Source: Octopus vulgaris
Lineage: Eukaryota
Length of the DNA stretch: 64,000 bases
Direction: 5' to 3'
NCBI GenBank assembly: GCA_951406725.2
Contig: OX597814.1
Span: 194,432,001 to 194,496,000 of the forward strand
The notes under the pieces were generated by a model. The model was not told the DNA's origin. It saw nothing but the letters and a program-made list of their open reading frames with translations, and did no database searches. Shown piece by piece: positions 38,674 through 53,438 of this stretch; position 1 is the first letter of the stretch; each line of letters begins with the position of its first letter. Both the position numbers and the translations under genes were made by a program.

Positions 38674-38815
38674 TATATAAGAATTTTTTGTGTAATAAGA
38701 TAAAAAACCAAGGCAGTGTAGAGATTAGAGTATTTATAGATATTTATATCTATAAATACTCTAATATCTACACACCCTTGGTTTTTTATCTTATTACGCA
38801 AAAAATTCTTATATA
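38674..38815. repeat. Near-perfect 142-bp palindrome
   Basis: Arms of about 69 bp around a ttta loop centred at 38744/38745. Confidence 0.95.
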
Positions 38816-39220
38816 TATATATGTGTGTGTGTGTGTGTAGTGATATAATCAATGTACAAATTAACAAACCATTACTAATAGTTTCATGACAATAGAGTCA
38901 AAAACCTTATCAATCTTTGCTAGTTTTATGTTGTCCAAAGATTGGTTAACTTTTTAACTGTGCTATGAACTATGAATAATGATATGTTAGTTCATAGACC
39001 CGAAAGTAAGAAACAGAAAGGGAAAAGGGTACCTAATATTTAAAGAAGAGTGATAGAATTTATTAGAAGCTGAATGTTGTTCTGAGTTTCTTGATGTTGA
39101 TCTTCAGATGATTATGAAAACAAAAAAATAGAACATAGGATTTCATACATGAAGAATATACAATAAAAATTTCTGAATTTCACATCGACTGCTGGTTGGT
39201 TGGTATGGAATTATAAAGGA

Positions 39221-39612
39221 CTAGCAGTATCACCCAGCATTGCTCGGGCTTGTTTTGACCCTTTAGAATTGGAATTTTTGAAAAGTAAAAATTTTGCATT
39301 AGGTAGCTTGTTATTCTCTTTAAGTGAACATTTTTCTGGTTGAAATACACCGAAAAATGACGACACAGCAGTCAAAAAATCGTAAAAAATAGGGATTTTC
39401 ATAGAAAAAAAGCACCTTTTTGATGTAAATAATTTTTGGTGTTAACATGGTCTGATTTGAATTTTATCTTCTACGGAAGGAAGAGCAAGGTTTCTTCTAT
39501 CATACTCTCAATTTTGGTCAACTTGCACCGCAGGGTCTCGGAGGAGTTAGTGTTAGTTGAAGGCTACCAAACCTGCCATACACAGACAACTTCAGCTTTA
39601 AATATAGAGAGA
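39221..39612 (-). mobile_element. Non-autonomous Helitron (related subfamily)
   Basis: Same 3' hairpin plus CTAG terminus as the 12720 element. The minus strand starts TCTCTCTATAT; the interior differs. Confidence 0.75.
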
Positions 39613-39978
39613 TTACTATTGGTTAATGAATGTAGTAATCTCTGTCAACTGAATGGTAGGAGATGTTTAGTATGAAATGAAAATAGACATGATTTTTATA
39701 ATGCAATATGGTATGTACAAAAGAATATATGTTTATATATGAAAAACATATAATATATATATATTGACTACGTATACATGCACACACACATAAATAAACA
39801 CACAGACACACATACATACAAGCTTATATGTATGCATACATAAATGTAAAAGAAAATAAAAGAGGGAGATTTGAAGCTATTAGTGTCATTAAAAGCAGAG
39901 ATTTAAACAAAATTGTATTTCGGTTTGGGATTTGGTTTGCAAGATTCTTTATATGAATTCGTGTGTTGAAGCATATTC

Positions 39979-40191
39979 TGTAGTGTCTGGGGAGAGTCAT
40001 TTTCTTTTTGTGCCTTATAATTTAACACAATCACCAGTAAAATTTCCACTTATTCCTTATTTTCCTTGAAAAGGTTGCAAGACGCAACAAAAATTTTAGG
40101 TAAATAAAAATTAGAAATAAGTGGAAATTTTACCGGTGAGTGTGTTAAATTATAAGGCACAAAAAGAAAATGACTCTCCCCAGACACAACA
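39979..40191. repeat. Inverted repeat with about 75-bp arms (possible Penelope-like element remnant)
   Basis: tgtagtgtctggggagagtc...tttccacttatt mirrored by aataagtggaaa...gactctccccagacacaaca. Confidence 0.8.
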
Positions 40192-40630
40192 AAACAAAAT
40201 TGTAATATTCCAATAATTCCAGTCCTTGGAGAGGCTTGTGTCATCACCCTTACGACTTATTTCGTTCTAACCAAGGAATTTCTTTAGAAGAACACTTTTT
40301 GAACATAATCTCATCCACTAAAAGCAATCTGTTTCAAGACTTATTCTCTGTTTTTGGGATTTTATTTTTTCTATTACTTTTTGAATGGATACGGGATCAG
40401 TTGTGTTTAAAAACTGCACTGTGAGTTTTGAATTAAAAAAAAGTATATTATTGACGTTATTTGAAAATTATAATGAATGCAATGTGTATTTAGATATACC
40501 TGGTTATTGTAGGTAGTCTTCAAAATACCTTACTTCATAATTATGTAATAACTTATTTTATCTCTGCTTTTAATTATATGAAATCGTTAGGAGTTATTTC
40601 CCTTGCATTATTCTCTTTTTTTTTAGACAT

Positions 40631-40671
<41 letters not shown>

Positions 40672-40677
<6 letters not shown>

Positions 40678-41070
40678 AATATAAAAGAGAGGTTGTGTGG
40701 TGTCTGTCTCCTACGATTTAGGTTCCTAATTACTCCCACATTTTGCGGTGCAGTGTAACCAAAAGCGGGTATCTTATAGTCGTGATTCATATCGAGCCCT
40801 TCTGGGTATTAGCGCGCGTCTACGATGAGTCTACCATTTAAAAAAAAAATTACCACAATTTTTCCACATTTTTAATGCATTTTCGCTCGGTTTATATAAG
40901 GGAAGTAACTCTCTAAAAATGTATTATTAAATCTCAGAACGTAAAAAGCTACAGTAACACCCCCCTTTGTGGTTAGCCATATTGAGATGGCTATTATACT
41001 TTACATCTCTAAAAATGCTTATATAGTTATTTCCCTTACAAACCCGAGCAACGCCGGGCGATACTGCTAG
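40672..41070 (+). mobile_element. Non-autonomous Helitron, second copy of the 12720 element
   Basis: Reverse complement of 12720-13114, ending cccgagcaacgccgggcgatactgCTAG followed by T. Confidence 0.9.
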
Positions 41071-42899
41071 TATATATATATAGTAGAAGACACTTGCCCA
41101 AGGTGCGACGCAGTGGGACTGAACCCGGAACCATGTAGTTCGTAAGCAAGCTACTTACCACACAGCCACTCCTACGCCTTACTATAATGTTTAATCTAGA
41201 TACAGTGAAATTTTAAGGCTTCATTTTTTTTCTGGGCATATATGGGTTAATATTTATTACGCTACAGAGGGTGGTGAGCTGGCAGAATCGTTACGCCAGG
41301 CAAAATGCTTAGATGTATTTCGTCTGCCGTTACGTTCTGAGTTCAAATTCTGCCAAGGTCGACTTGGCCTTTCATCTTTTCGAGGTCGATTAAATAAGCA
41401 CCAGTTATGCACTTGAAGCGAAAAGGGGGATTTCTAGACCTCTCATATATTTTTACTTTGTCATATGAGTGGGAGCTAGTGGTTGCAATGCAGGTATTGT
41501 TTATTAGTGGGTTTTGTGGCATATAAAGATGTTTCTTTATACACAAGAGAAATACACTATTAAACCACTTACAGTGCAACCACTAACTCTCACTCACATG
41601 ATGATCCAAAAATATATACAAGACATTGAAAATAAAAAAAAATAAGTTAGTCTGTTGAAGGCAACCATGTCAAAATTTCAAATTCATTGGCAACCGTTTT
41701 CTTATCATAATAAATGTGATTCTTAAATATGTTGGTATGACTATTTTACTTATGAGTATGCATTACTCTGACACAACCAGCTATAAAAAATAAATTCTAT
41801 CGTCGTCTCCATGAATAAAATACAAACCTCATGTTTCCATACATATTCTTGCACTCCATGGACATTGAATTGTAGATTCGTTGAATGTACAGCTACACAT
41901 CAGGAATAAAAAAAATTCGGCACGAAAAACCAAGCTAAACGTCAATTTTTCATTATTAGGTTAATTACAGTTATTTCTCCTTAATAAAGATAAGCTCTTG
42001 TGCATACATCCCCAAAAACCCTAAACGTAAGTACAGAAATATTTTGAAATTTTTGTCCGAATCATGACGTCCGTATTTTTCTACATATTTAGAAAAAAAA
42101 AAAATTCTTAAAAAAAAAATTTTACTAAGAGTTTTGGAAAATTTTTTCAGAATCATAATCTCCGTATTTTTCCGCATATTTTGAAAAAAAAATTGTGAAA
42201 AAAGTTTTAAAATGAAGGAAATGGGTGTGGGGATGGTAATTTAGAAATGTCGATTTTTGCCAATTTTTTTTGCAGATTCGTATTCCCCGTAGCCAAAAGG
42301 GGTGGGTGTCTAAAAAAAGTTTAAAGGGTGGAGGGTTTTTTGTGAGGGAACAAAAAATGATAAATTTATAATTTCAACTGGAGATCTGTAAACGCCACAG
42401 AAAAAAAACTCCAGCGAAAATGGAATTTCAAAGACACGAATAAGTCGCTCTTTTGATAAAACTGGTCTCATAAGGATTGGGATACAGAGCACATTAGAAT
42501 CAGTATAAAGAACAGTGAAACTAAACATACATCAGGTTAACCAGGTTTAGCTTTAAAACTTAATACAAAGATCATATTCGTTCGTTTCGCTCCAAGAATA
42601 TGTACAATACCATATCCTTTCGAAACACATTTGGCTTTCAAAACAGAGACGAAATATTTCATATGAAGAAGCAGTATATAATTTAGCTATCGTACATCTG
42701 TGAAATTTTTATACGTAGAGTTGAACGAAACAACAGCATTATTTAGTTACAGCCCTTAACGTTCTAAGTTCAAGTCCCACCAAAGTTAACATTGTCTTTT
42801 ACGTTTCAAGGGTCGATCAAATACTGGACACTAGATTGCTTTAAATTCCTATAAAACATCTTTGACGAGAATACAATTGTAATAGAAGACTAATACCTT

Positions 42900-43262
42900 T
42901 TTTTTTTACTACCCACAAGGGGCTAAATACAGAGGGGACAAACAAGAACAGACACACGGATTAAGTCGATTACATCGACCCCAGTGCGTAACTGGTACTT
43001 ATTTAATTGACCCCGAAAGGATGAAAGGCAAAGTCAACCACGGCGGAATTTGAACTCAGAACGTAGCGGCAGACGAAATACGTATTTCTTTACTACCCAC
43101 AAGGGGCTAAATACAGAAGAGACAAACAAGGACAGACAAACGGATTAAGTCGATTACATCGACCTCAGTACGCAACTGGTACTTAATTTATCGACCCCGA
43201 AAGGATGAAAGGCAAAGTCGACCTCGGCGGAATTTGAACTCAGAACGTAACGGCAGACGAAA
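42900..43262 (-). mobile_element. SINE family B tandem copy, 5' truncated
   Basis: Two bodies, with a long direct flank ttgtaatagaagactaatacc on both sides. Confidence 0.85.
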
Positions 43263-43780
43263 TACATTGTAATAGAAGACTAATACCAACTGAAGGTGGA
43301 TAAAACTATGTACAGGTCATTTTACTTTTAAACTCATACAAGTTGTAAAGTTATAAATCAGACAATGAAAAACCATGTAATGCCATTGAATTTTTACATG
43401 GCTCACACCAGTCTTCATTCCCTTAAGCTCTTGTTTTGGTTACGGAAGTTCTCATGTACGTAAAGAAAAATCTCCAGGCGCGAGGAGTGATCTAATTAAA
43501 ATTTTGCAGCTAATTCAGCCAAGCAAGGAAACGTTTATCTGCTGAAGGTTAAATGAGCGGGCAACGCCTAAGTTTGTTACTTTCCCGCTCTTTCTTTGTT
43601 GTAATTTGATTTAATATGATTTAAGTAAGTCAAAATGCTAGCAGTAAATAGATCCTGTTCACAACAATAGCCTCGCTTCGTTTACAAATGCATCATCAGG
43701 TATCTATTTGATACCAAGTACAGTGAATGCTAGAATGTTGCTTTTTATTCTCCATCAGGTCTTTCTTCCAGCACACCGAT

Positions 43781-44075
43781 GGTACTACTTGAGAACAATG
43801 GTCCCGGTGCGCGCACTCGCGCTAGCTAGTCATGACTAGTCGATCCTTACTTTGTGTTTTTGTGTGTTATTTACTTTGTTTAAAAAATTATTTACTATGT
43901 GTTTTTGTGTTTTATTTACTTTTGTTTAACAAAAATTATTTACTTTGTGTAAAAAAATTATTTATTTTGTGTTTTATTTACTTTGCTAGGTAGTCGTTGT
44001 AGGATCGACTAGTCACGACTAGCTAGCTTGGATACGCGAGTGCGCGCACCGGGACCACTGTTCGCTAGTAGTACC
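43781..44075. mobile_element. MITE family 2 (GGTACT...AGTACC termini, about 65-bp TIRs, 9-bp TSD; Merlin/MULE-like)
   Basis: GC-rich TIRs. Flanks cacaccgat (43772-43780) and tacaccgat (44076-44084). The interior is made of ttatttactttg repeats. Confidence 0.85.
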
Positions 44076-44489
44076 TACACCGATTATAATGGCAATGATC
44101 ATCATGATCATGACAATAGTGATGACGATTATGACAACAACGACACAACGACGACGATGTTGATGACAACGACGACGACGATGATGATAAAGATTCCTAT
44201 AAAAAGACAAAAAAATATTGCCATTATTTTTCCTATTTTTCTCTTGCAGCTTCAAACGTGACCTAATTCTACGAAACCCCAAACTCTCATATCAATATTC
44301 AAGTGTATGATTATGTTTATAACATCACAAACTACCCGTCTTTATACATGGATTACGTATTTATTAATCGGCTCATTTAATTTACAGAAACATTTTCAGG
44401 CTGTACAAATAAAAGTATGTCTGCATAAGAAAAATGATATCTGACAAGTTGATATCAATTCAGCGCATCAGAGATTTATAGTTATATCG

Positions 44490-44902
44490 GTTTCTTTATT
44501 ACCCACAAGGAGCTAAAAAAAAAAAAAAAAAAGAGAGGACAAACGGATTAAGTCGATTACATCGACCCCAGTGCGTAACTGGTACTTATTTAATTGACCC
44601 CGAAAGGATGAAAGGCAAAGTCGACCTCGGCGGAATTTGAACTCAGAACGTATTGACATACGAAATATTTGTTTCTTTATTACCCACTAGGTACTAAACA
44701 TAGAGGGGACAAACAAGGACAGACATACGGATTAAGTCGATTATATCGACCCCAGTGCGTAACTGGTACTTTATTTATCGACCCCGTAAGGATGAAAGGC
44801 AAAGTCGACCTCGGCGGAATTTGAACTCAGAACGTAACGGCAGACGAAATACGGCTACGCATTTCGTCCAGCGTGCTAACGGTTCTGCCAGCTCGCCGCC
44901 TT
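44490..44902 (-). mobile_element. SINE family B tandem copy, full length
   Basis: Head plus two bodies, with the 15-bp TSD atttatagttatatc. Confidence 0.88.
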
Positions 44903-45671
44903 AATTTATAGTTATATCATAGAAGAATGGTGTCTAACATAAATTTTACTCTGACTCATCCATTTTACTTACTCCTCCTGTAAGTGTAAGCACATTTTAA
45001 TAGCAGTATCCTTGTTTAACATAAACTAGTCAAACATCTAGAAATCATCCTGTTTTCTTCTTTTTGTGCATATGCTCAAACTATATCTTTAAATTATATT
45101 TTTTTGTCATATCTTTCTTCGACCCTTCGAATTATAAGACCAGTTACCCAGTTCCCATGCCGTATAAGCGACCAATATCACAACATTCCCCCAAATGAGA
45201 CATAGGTCCGTTGCAGGGATGTTAGATTTATACAGAAAGGATGGAAAAACTTAGATTATTTCGCAATTAGAAAGCTATGGATCAGGATATGAATAGCCAC
45301 CAGTAGTGATAACTGTGTAAGAAGAGCTGTAGTGTCATTTCCCAGTGATATCCTTATACAACTAGACGGACTGGCTGTGAAGAGTTAAATCTCTGTAGCA
45401 TAAACACATAGCGGTGAGTATGGAATATAAACCATATACCAGTTGCATAGTGTGGTGTGTATGGAGTGTGCGACCAGTGCAGGGTGGCCTCAGAGGTGGA
45501 GTAGCATGTTGAAGGCATACTACGTTTAAAGAAAGGATCGGCCGATTTGGCTACCATACAGAGCGACCAAACTCCTCTCCCTGTCCCGTGCCAGGACAAT
45601 TACCTCCCATAGGACAATTCCCCAACTACTCCTAGGAAATTACCATCTCCCCCTGCTTAATTACCCCATCT

Positions 45672-46093
45672 TTACTATTTTATTTTACTTGTTTCAGTCA
45701 TTTGATTGTGGCCATGCAGGAGCACCACCTTTAGTCGAGCAAATCGACCCCAGGACTTATTCTTTGTAAGCCTAGTACTTATTCTATCGGTCGCTTTTGC
45801 CGAACCGCTATGTTACAGGGACGTAAACACACCAGCATCGGTTGTCAAGCGATGTTGGTGGGGACAAACACAGACACACAAACAAACACACGCACACACA
45901 CACACACACATATATATATATACATATATACGACGGGCTTCTTTCAGTTTCCGTCTTCCAAATTCACTCACAAGGCTTTGGTCGACCCGAGGCTATAGTA
46001 GAAGACACTTGCCCAAGGTGCCACGCAGTGGGACTGAACCCGGAACCATGTCGTTGGTAAGCAAGCTACTTACCACACAGTCACTCCTACGCC
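45672..46093 (-). mobile_element. SINE family A, full length
   Basis: Full consensus. An oppositely oriented 5' fragment lies at 46294-46398. Confidence 0.9.
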
Positions 46094-47644
46094 TACGTCT
46101 CAAATATATTAAGTTTTAAATCATCGTCCGTTGTCCTCAAGGGTAGGTGGTTATTGTCTTTGGAGGGTAAATGTCTTAGATTCCCATGTCCACACTACGC
46201 CACTGCTGTATACTCAGCCAGCTATTGTTGCCAAGATTTATTAAAAGATAAGTGTATTGGTTTATCTCATAGTTGTTATAATTTAGTTTTTGAAGGCGCA
46301 GGAGTGGCTGTGTGGTAAGTAGCTTACTTACCAACCACATGGTTCCGGGTTCAGTCCCACTGCTTGGTACCTTGAGCAAGTGCCTTCTACTATAGCCTCC
46401 AGAAGTTAGGTTAAATATATATACATGCATAAGTACCGTGAATTCCCATTCTACAAACTGGCAAACAATTCCGTGAATATTTTACCAGGCAAGTCTGGGT
46501 AGTAAGTCTAGTAAATATTTAAAACTGGTGCTTTCGAATGAAGACTCTTGTAAGATTTGCTTGTTCTGAACGAAATTCCTGTGCCAGTCTCTCATTACCA
46601 GAAATACGGTGAACCAGTGACTGGCTCATTGGAAATATGTACCGTAATTCCTCGAGTATAATCCGCATTTTCCCCCCAAAATTTAAAGGTCAAAATCCCT
46701 AGTGCGTAATATATACGAGGTTTCAAATGAAAATTATTTTCTAAGCAATGTCCGAGTCTCTATTTGTTGTCTGGCAATATTTATTCAGACGCATTTTGTG
46801 ATGTCGGGTGTGAAAATACCATTAGCTAAGCCTGAAAGCAATGAAGTCAACTTGCAGCAAGCAACATTTATTAAACGTTATTACTGTTATTTCTTTATTT
46901 TCTGCAAACAGAAGGTACAAAAATGCTACACGTTTGCATTATGTTATATATACAATAAAAAAATGGACATTACACCCTAACTAACCCTAACCCCAAAACA
47001 GATTGAAATGCAATAGATCGATACTAGGGTCATAATTATGGGTGACAATTTCATATGACACCGCTAGAAAAAACTGCCGTTCAAACCGAAAAGATCATAT
47101 ATATATATATATATATATATCGTATTCACCTGGCCGGAGTTTTTCGCGGCAACCACATAGTCTCCGCTAGATAGCTGACCAGCGCAAAGCTTCTACATTT
47201 TTACGGAGACCACAAGACCCATAAATATGGAATCACACACACACGACTCGCTTCCTCCAGTTTCCTCCTATCAAATCCTCTCGCAAGACACTTGACCAAG
47301 GTGCCGCGCAATGGGACTGAACCTAAAACCAAATGATTAGAAAAATGATAAAAAAATTTTTTAAATTCTTAATCCATCATTGTAGTCCTGGGTGAGGGTC
47401 TTTCTGGATCCGGTTATCACGCGGTGGTGGGTAACAAACGTACAAAGATACCGACTACCATATCTACTAACAAGATTTGGGTCGGTCCGGGGGTCCGTTT
47501 TCCAGAAAGTTATAGGAAACAGTCGTGAGGCAGGACACACATCTGTAATTATGCCCTCTTCGTATCTTTAGATCCAGAGAACCGTCTTTAACGTAAGTTT
47601 TATTGTTGTCTGTACCATTTTACTTAAGCTTCTTGAACGACAGA

Positions 47645-47880
47645 TTTGCAACTGCGATCAACACCAAATGTAGCGAAAAGTGCTTTACAGTGGAAACTGG
47701 ATGGATATAGAAGGAAAGGTAGGCCTAAGAACTCGTGGCGTAGATCAACCCAAAAGGAACTAGAGAAAGGGGGACATTCATGGCAGGAGTATAAGTACAG
47801 AAGCGAAAAATTATGCGACATGGAATTCAACTATAAGTGGCCAATACTCCGTGTTGGAGGTATAAAGAAGTTAAAGAAGA
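47645..47880 (+). mobile_element. Old RTE-clade LINE C-terminal fragment (different family)
   Basis: VAKSALQWKLDGYRRKGRPKNSWRRSTQKELEKGGHSWQE, an RTE-type W...G.R..GRP..W motif. Confidence 0.7.
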
Positions 47881-48069
47881 AAGAAGATCAACATCCTAGA
47901 GAGATGGGCTCCACTCACTGATCTATTCTTGAGATATTCAGATCTTCAATGATGACTTTCATAACTTTATAATTTCTATGTAGGCTCAAGTAATTGATGT
48001 ATGACCCTGTTTACATGCAGGCGAAACTCAGAGCAACGAGAGGCTGACTCGACCAAAGAAAATACATTA

Positions 48070-48590
<521 letters not shown>

Positions 48591-48789
48591 CATACACACA
48601 CATACATATATGATATGGGTGGGGTGAACACTGACTAAGGATAAATAATGCTTATCCAGTCTGTGCCACGTCTATCCACTAATCTTTAGAAATAAATAAA
48701 TAAACGCAATTGACGACGGATTAACCGTCAAAAATATAAATATCTGGCGAGTTTAACAAACAAACACAGTTGCCAATACAATCGTTTAA

Positions 48790-48835
48790 TTCTATCGTAT
48801 ACCGGATCCCGGCTCGCGAAACTATTTAAAGTCTT
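48790..48835 (+). promoter_or_regulatory. Candidate core promoter of RGS gene B
   Basis: Short CpG cluster ccggatcccggctcgcg followed by TATTTAAA, about 110 nt upstream of the ATG at 48942. Confidence 0.35.
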
Positions 48836-48941
48836 AAAGAAGAACCTTCCGGTTTTCTCCAATATTTTTCCTAACGGTTCCGTGAGGAAAAAAAAAAAAA
48901 AGGAAAAAGAAAAATAGAACAACAGGAGCAAGAAGACGGAA

Positions 48942-48972
48942 ATGGTTAATTGGTCAGAAATGTTAAATTTCA
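48942..48972 (+). CDS. RGS gene B, probable first coding exon (MVNWSEMLNF)
   Basis: In-frame upstream TAG at 48915. The phase-1 GTAAGA donor at 48973 matches the phase of the 60191 exon. Confidence 0.6.
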
Positions 48973-49714
48973 GTAAGAGGTTTGAATTTTCTTTATGTTC
49001 TGGCAAAAATGTAGGCTTATATATATATATATTGTGGTTATAGCTGCTGTTGTTGCTAATAGAAGTCTGCTACATTGTCTTGGACTGTCTTTATCAGAGT
49101 TTTTGTATATTCCATTTTCACTTTCACAATCGTCGGGGCTTCTCGTTGCTAAGGTTGACAATCAGTCGTGAGGTATAAAAAAAATACATACATACCTACA
49201 TACGTGCATGCATGCATACATACATGCATACATACATACATACATACATACATCATACATGCATGCATACATACATACGTACGTACATTCATACATACAT
49301 ACATACATACATACATACATACATACATACATACATACATACATACATACATACATACATACATACGTACGTACATACATACATACATACATACATGCAT
49401 ATACATACCGTGCGGCGTTAAAAAGGAGACACTTCTTCACCAACTCCTTACGTACGGTCGTAATCCCTACACATACATACATATGCAGACACACACGTAT
49501 ACACATGCATACATATATACTAAAAAATGTTTTCTAATTATAAATTTTCTGCTTTCCAGCAATAGGTACACAGTGTGTGTGTGTGTGTGTGTTCATCAGC
49601 TGAACAGTTAAAAGTGATTCAAGGGGTGACTTTTTTTTTTCGTGGATGGGGTTTATTAAACGAAAAGTTTTAGATGCCGTGAATGAGTTATTTTCCTGAT
49701 ATTTTAAGTCGATT

Positions 49715-49753
<39 letters not shown>

Positions 49754-51038
49754 TCATATATTGAGTTCCATTTCTCCTGTTGGTTTCATAAAAAAAAACA
49801 CATATGCACTCACAAAGAGAGAGAGAGATGCGTTAGGTGAGCCATGGATAAATGCATATGTTTATATGCATACATTTACACATGTGATTCATATATATAT
49901 ATAAATATATACACACACTGTTTATCGACCGTTTAAGCTCAAACGCTCGCTTTGTCTCTTACAAATTCAACAACGCCCTCAACATTGCATTATACATGTA
50001 ATGCTAACATGTATAATTCTTTGCTAATTTCGTTTTTCACCCACCGCTCTTTTTTTTTCCCTCGACCCCTCTAAGAGACTTTTTGTTTCAGATTATCGTA
50101 TCGAATTCAGTACTTATTTACGGGATTTACATCAGCACACTTGTTTCTGGCTTCTTGTACCTCTCTCTCACTCACTATCCCTTTTCTTTCTATATCTATC
50201 TACCTATCTCTCTGGGTAACCACGTACCTCCTCTATAGCAAGACACCTATTTCTGTCTCTCTGTCTCTTTGTCACACTCTAACCTTTCATCTAATCACAA
50301 GTTTCCCTCTTCAAATGCCCTGCTCCTCTCATAATTCCTTGTCTTGCGAGTCACTTGGTTACCCTGCCAGTGCTGGTGCCATGTTAGAAGCATCCAGTCC
50401 ACACTGTAACATGGTTGGCGTTTGGAAGGGCAACCAGCTGTAAAAAAACCTTGCCAAAACCAACTTCACCTGAGCTAGTGCTACATAAAAAGCACTGAGT
50501 CCACTCTGCAGAGTGGTTGGTGTTAGGAAGGACATACAGCCGTAAAACTCCTGCCAAAACAGACACAGTAGCCTAGGGTAGTCTTCTACCTGGCCAGCTC
50601 CTGTCATCCGACCTACCCATGCATGGCATAAAAGATGAACATTGAATGATGATAATGATAAACAATACCAGTTTGTATCGATGTAAACAAACTCTGACGA
50701 TTAGTGAAGCTTCAAAGTCCCTGACACCAATTTTCCATGTGAGAATAAACACCTTACTCTTTTCTTATTCATTGAGTGCCTTTTCAATGAAAGCTTCTCT
50801 TTATATATAATTTATTCATAACGCACTTGTGTCAATATCTATCTGCCTATCTAATTGTCCTGTACTCTATTTTTTGTTGTTTTTAAAAAATGTCCAGTTC
50901 CTTTGGTTTGTGTCTATGTTTTCGTTTCTCATTGTGTTCGACGTCTTTTTGGTGTCCTGTACTCATATATGCGTGTATATGTACATGTAGAGGTAGGTAC
51001 GTACATATATGTTTATATATATGCATATGTTTTTATTT

Positions 51039-51074
<36 letters not shown>

Positions 51075-53041
51075 CTATTATTCTTTTATTCTTGTATTTC
51101 TTTCAGTCATTTGACTGTGGCCATGCTGGAGCACTGCCTTTAGTCGAGCAAATCGACCCCAGGACTTATTCCTTGTAAGCTTAGTACTTATTCTATTGGT
51201 CTCTTTTGCCAAACCACTAAGTGACGGGGACGTAAACACACCAGCATCAGTTGTCAAGCGATGTTGGGGGGACAAGCACAGACACACAAACATATACATC
51301 CATATATATATTTATATATACATACACACACTATATATATTTATATATACATACATACACACATACAAGAATCTCCCATGTGTTAACATCTACCTCCTTG
51401 CAACAATGTAAGCTTTCATTTAATCAAGATATCTTTGGCCTCAAGAGTAGCCTATGGTATACACCTTACTTGGATATTTACCACTTCCAAGGTTCCACTC
51501 GCTATGAAACATACGTAGCCCGGATCTTATCTACTTCATTCCTTAACTCTTGTATTCTTATTCACAGACCTAGCAACCCTGGTTGCCTACTGTGAAATAC
51601 TAAAAGAACATTTCTCAGTTTATTGTACTTCAATACAAAAAAAAACAAAATCCACAACCTTCTGTCCCAGTAAACCAATTGTCCCTGAAAGTTGTTTTTA
51701 TATTTACTACGGATTGCTTGATGCTAACTTTCTTCCTACACCTCAATCCCTGGATCTTCTGGTGTGCAGCATTCTGGCTCACCAGCCCTCAGTCAAACCG
51801 TCCAAACCATGCCAGCATGGAAAGTGGACGTTAAACGGCAATGATGATGATATATATATATAGCCACTCTATCTTTGCATGTGTTATATCCTCATGTTGT
51901 TTTTTTCTTGTCTTTTTTTCTCTTGTGTTAATTAACTATATATATATATGTATATATGTGTGTGTGTGTGTATATAATATAAATAAAAATAAATGCGCCC
52001 TTTTAAAGCCTAGCCAGGCTCATGGGCCCGGTTCCCCGGTTTCTATGGCGTATGTGTTCTCCATCTGAACGGGACGCCACTCCATCGCAGCGTTACTCAT
52101 TTTTGCCAGCTGAGTGAACTGGAGCAATGTGAAATGAAGTGTTTTGCTCAAGAACACAACACGTTGCCCAGTCCAAGAATTGAAACCACAATCTTACGAT
52201 CACGGTACTGACACCCTAACCACGAAACCATGCGCCTCTACACACACACACACACACATATATATCAAATTCGATGACAGCACCGCATGACTGGCATCCA
52301 TGCCTGTGGAGCCCTGGGCCACTGACTGACTCCTGTGCCAGTGACACGTAAAAGGCACTATTCGAGCGTGATCATCACTAGCGTCACCTTACTGGCACGT
52401 AAAAAAACGCCATTTGAGCGTGGCTGTTGCCAGTACCACCTGACAGGCCCTTGTGCCGGTGGCACATAAAAGCATCCACTATACTCTCGGAGTGTTTGGC
52501 ATTAGGAAGGGCATCCAGCTGTAGAAACTCTGCCAGATTAGATTGGAGCCTGATGCAGCCATCTGACTTGCCAGTCCTCAGTCAAACTGTCCAATCCATG
52601 CCAGCGTGGAAAGCGGATGTTAAACGATTATGATGATGATGATGATGATATAGACACAGGTATAGATGTATGGTCTAGAAGCTTACTTCATAACTATATG
52701 TTTGAGGGGGGAGAGAGATGGCAATTTTGAGAAAGTCAACAGAATTTTATGGGGCAGGGATACATGCTCTCATTCAGAGGTGGAACATTGCAATTCAGAG
52801 AAACGGCGACTATGTTGAGAAGTAGGGATGTGATCCACAGAGGACCAGCTTCATTTTGATGTATGATACATGTTCCTGTGTTGGTAATTATACCTCTCCT
52901 AAACAAAATGGCATTACTTTTTGACTTACCCTCGAAATAACACCAAATTCGTAACAGCTAAATTTGTACCTTCTATCTGTTCAATTCAGTTCCTTCTGTT
53001 CAATCATTTCCAAAAATAGTTTGAATGATTGTTTTCTCTTT

Positions 53042-53438
53042 CTCTTTTACTTGTTTCGGTCATTTGACTGCGGCCATGCTGGAGCACCGCCTTTAGTCGA
53101 GCAAATCGACCCTGGGACTTATTCTTTGTAATCCCAGTACTTATTCTATCGGTCTCTTATGCCGAACCGCTAAGTGACAGGGACGTAAACACACCAGCAT
53201 CGGTTGTCAAGCAATGCTAGGGGGGACAAACACAGACACACAAACTCACACACACACACACATATATACATATATACGACAGGCTTCTTTTCAGTTTCCG
53301 TCTACCAAATCCACTCACAAGGCATTGGTCAGCCCGGGTCTATAGCAGAAGACACTTGCCCAAGATGCCACGCAGTGGGACTGAACCCGGAACCATGTGG
53401 TTGGTTAGTAAGCTACTTACCACACAGCCACTCCTGCG
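53042..53438 (-). mobile_element. SINE family A, full length
   Basis: Full consensus. Confidence 0.9.

Noticed and set aside
45706-46119. Recurrent ORFs such as RASFSFRLPNPLTRLWSARGYSRRHLPKV and [12 protein letters not shown]
   Set aside because: Chance frames through SINE A and the RTE 3' UTR; they are frameshifted between copies.
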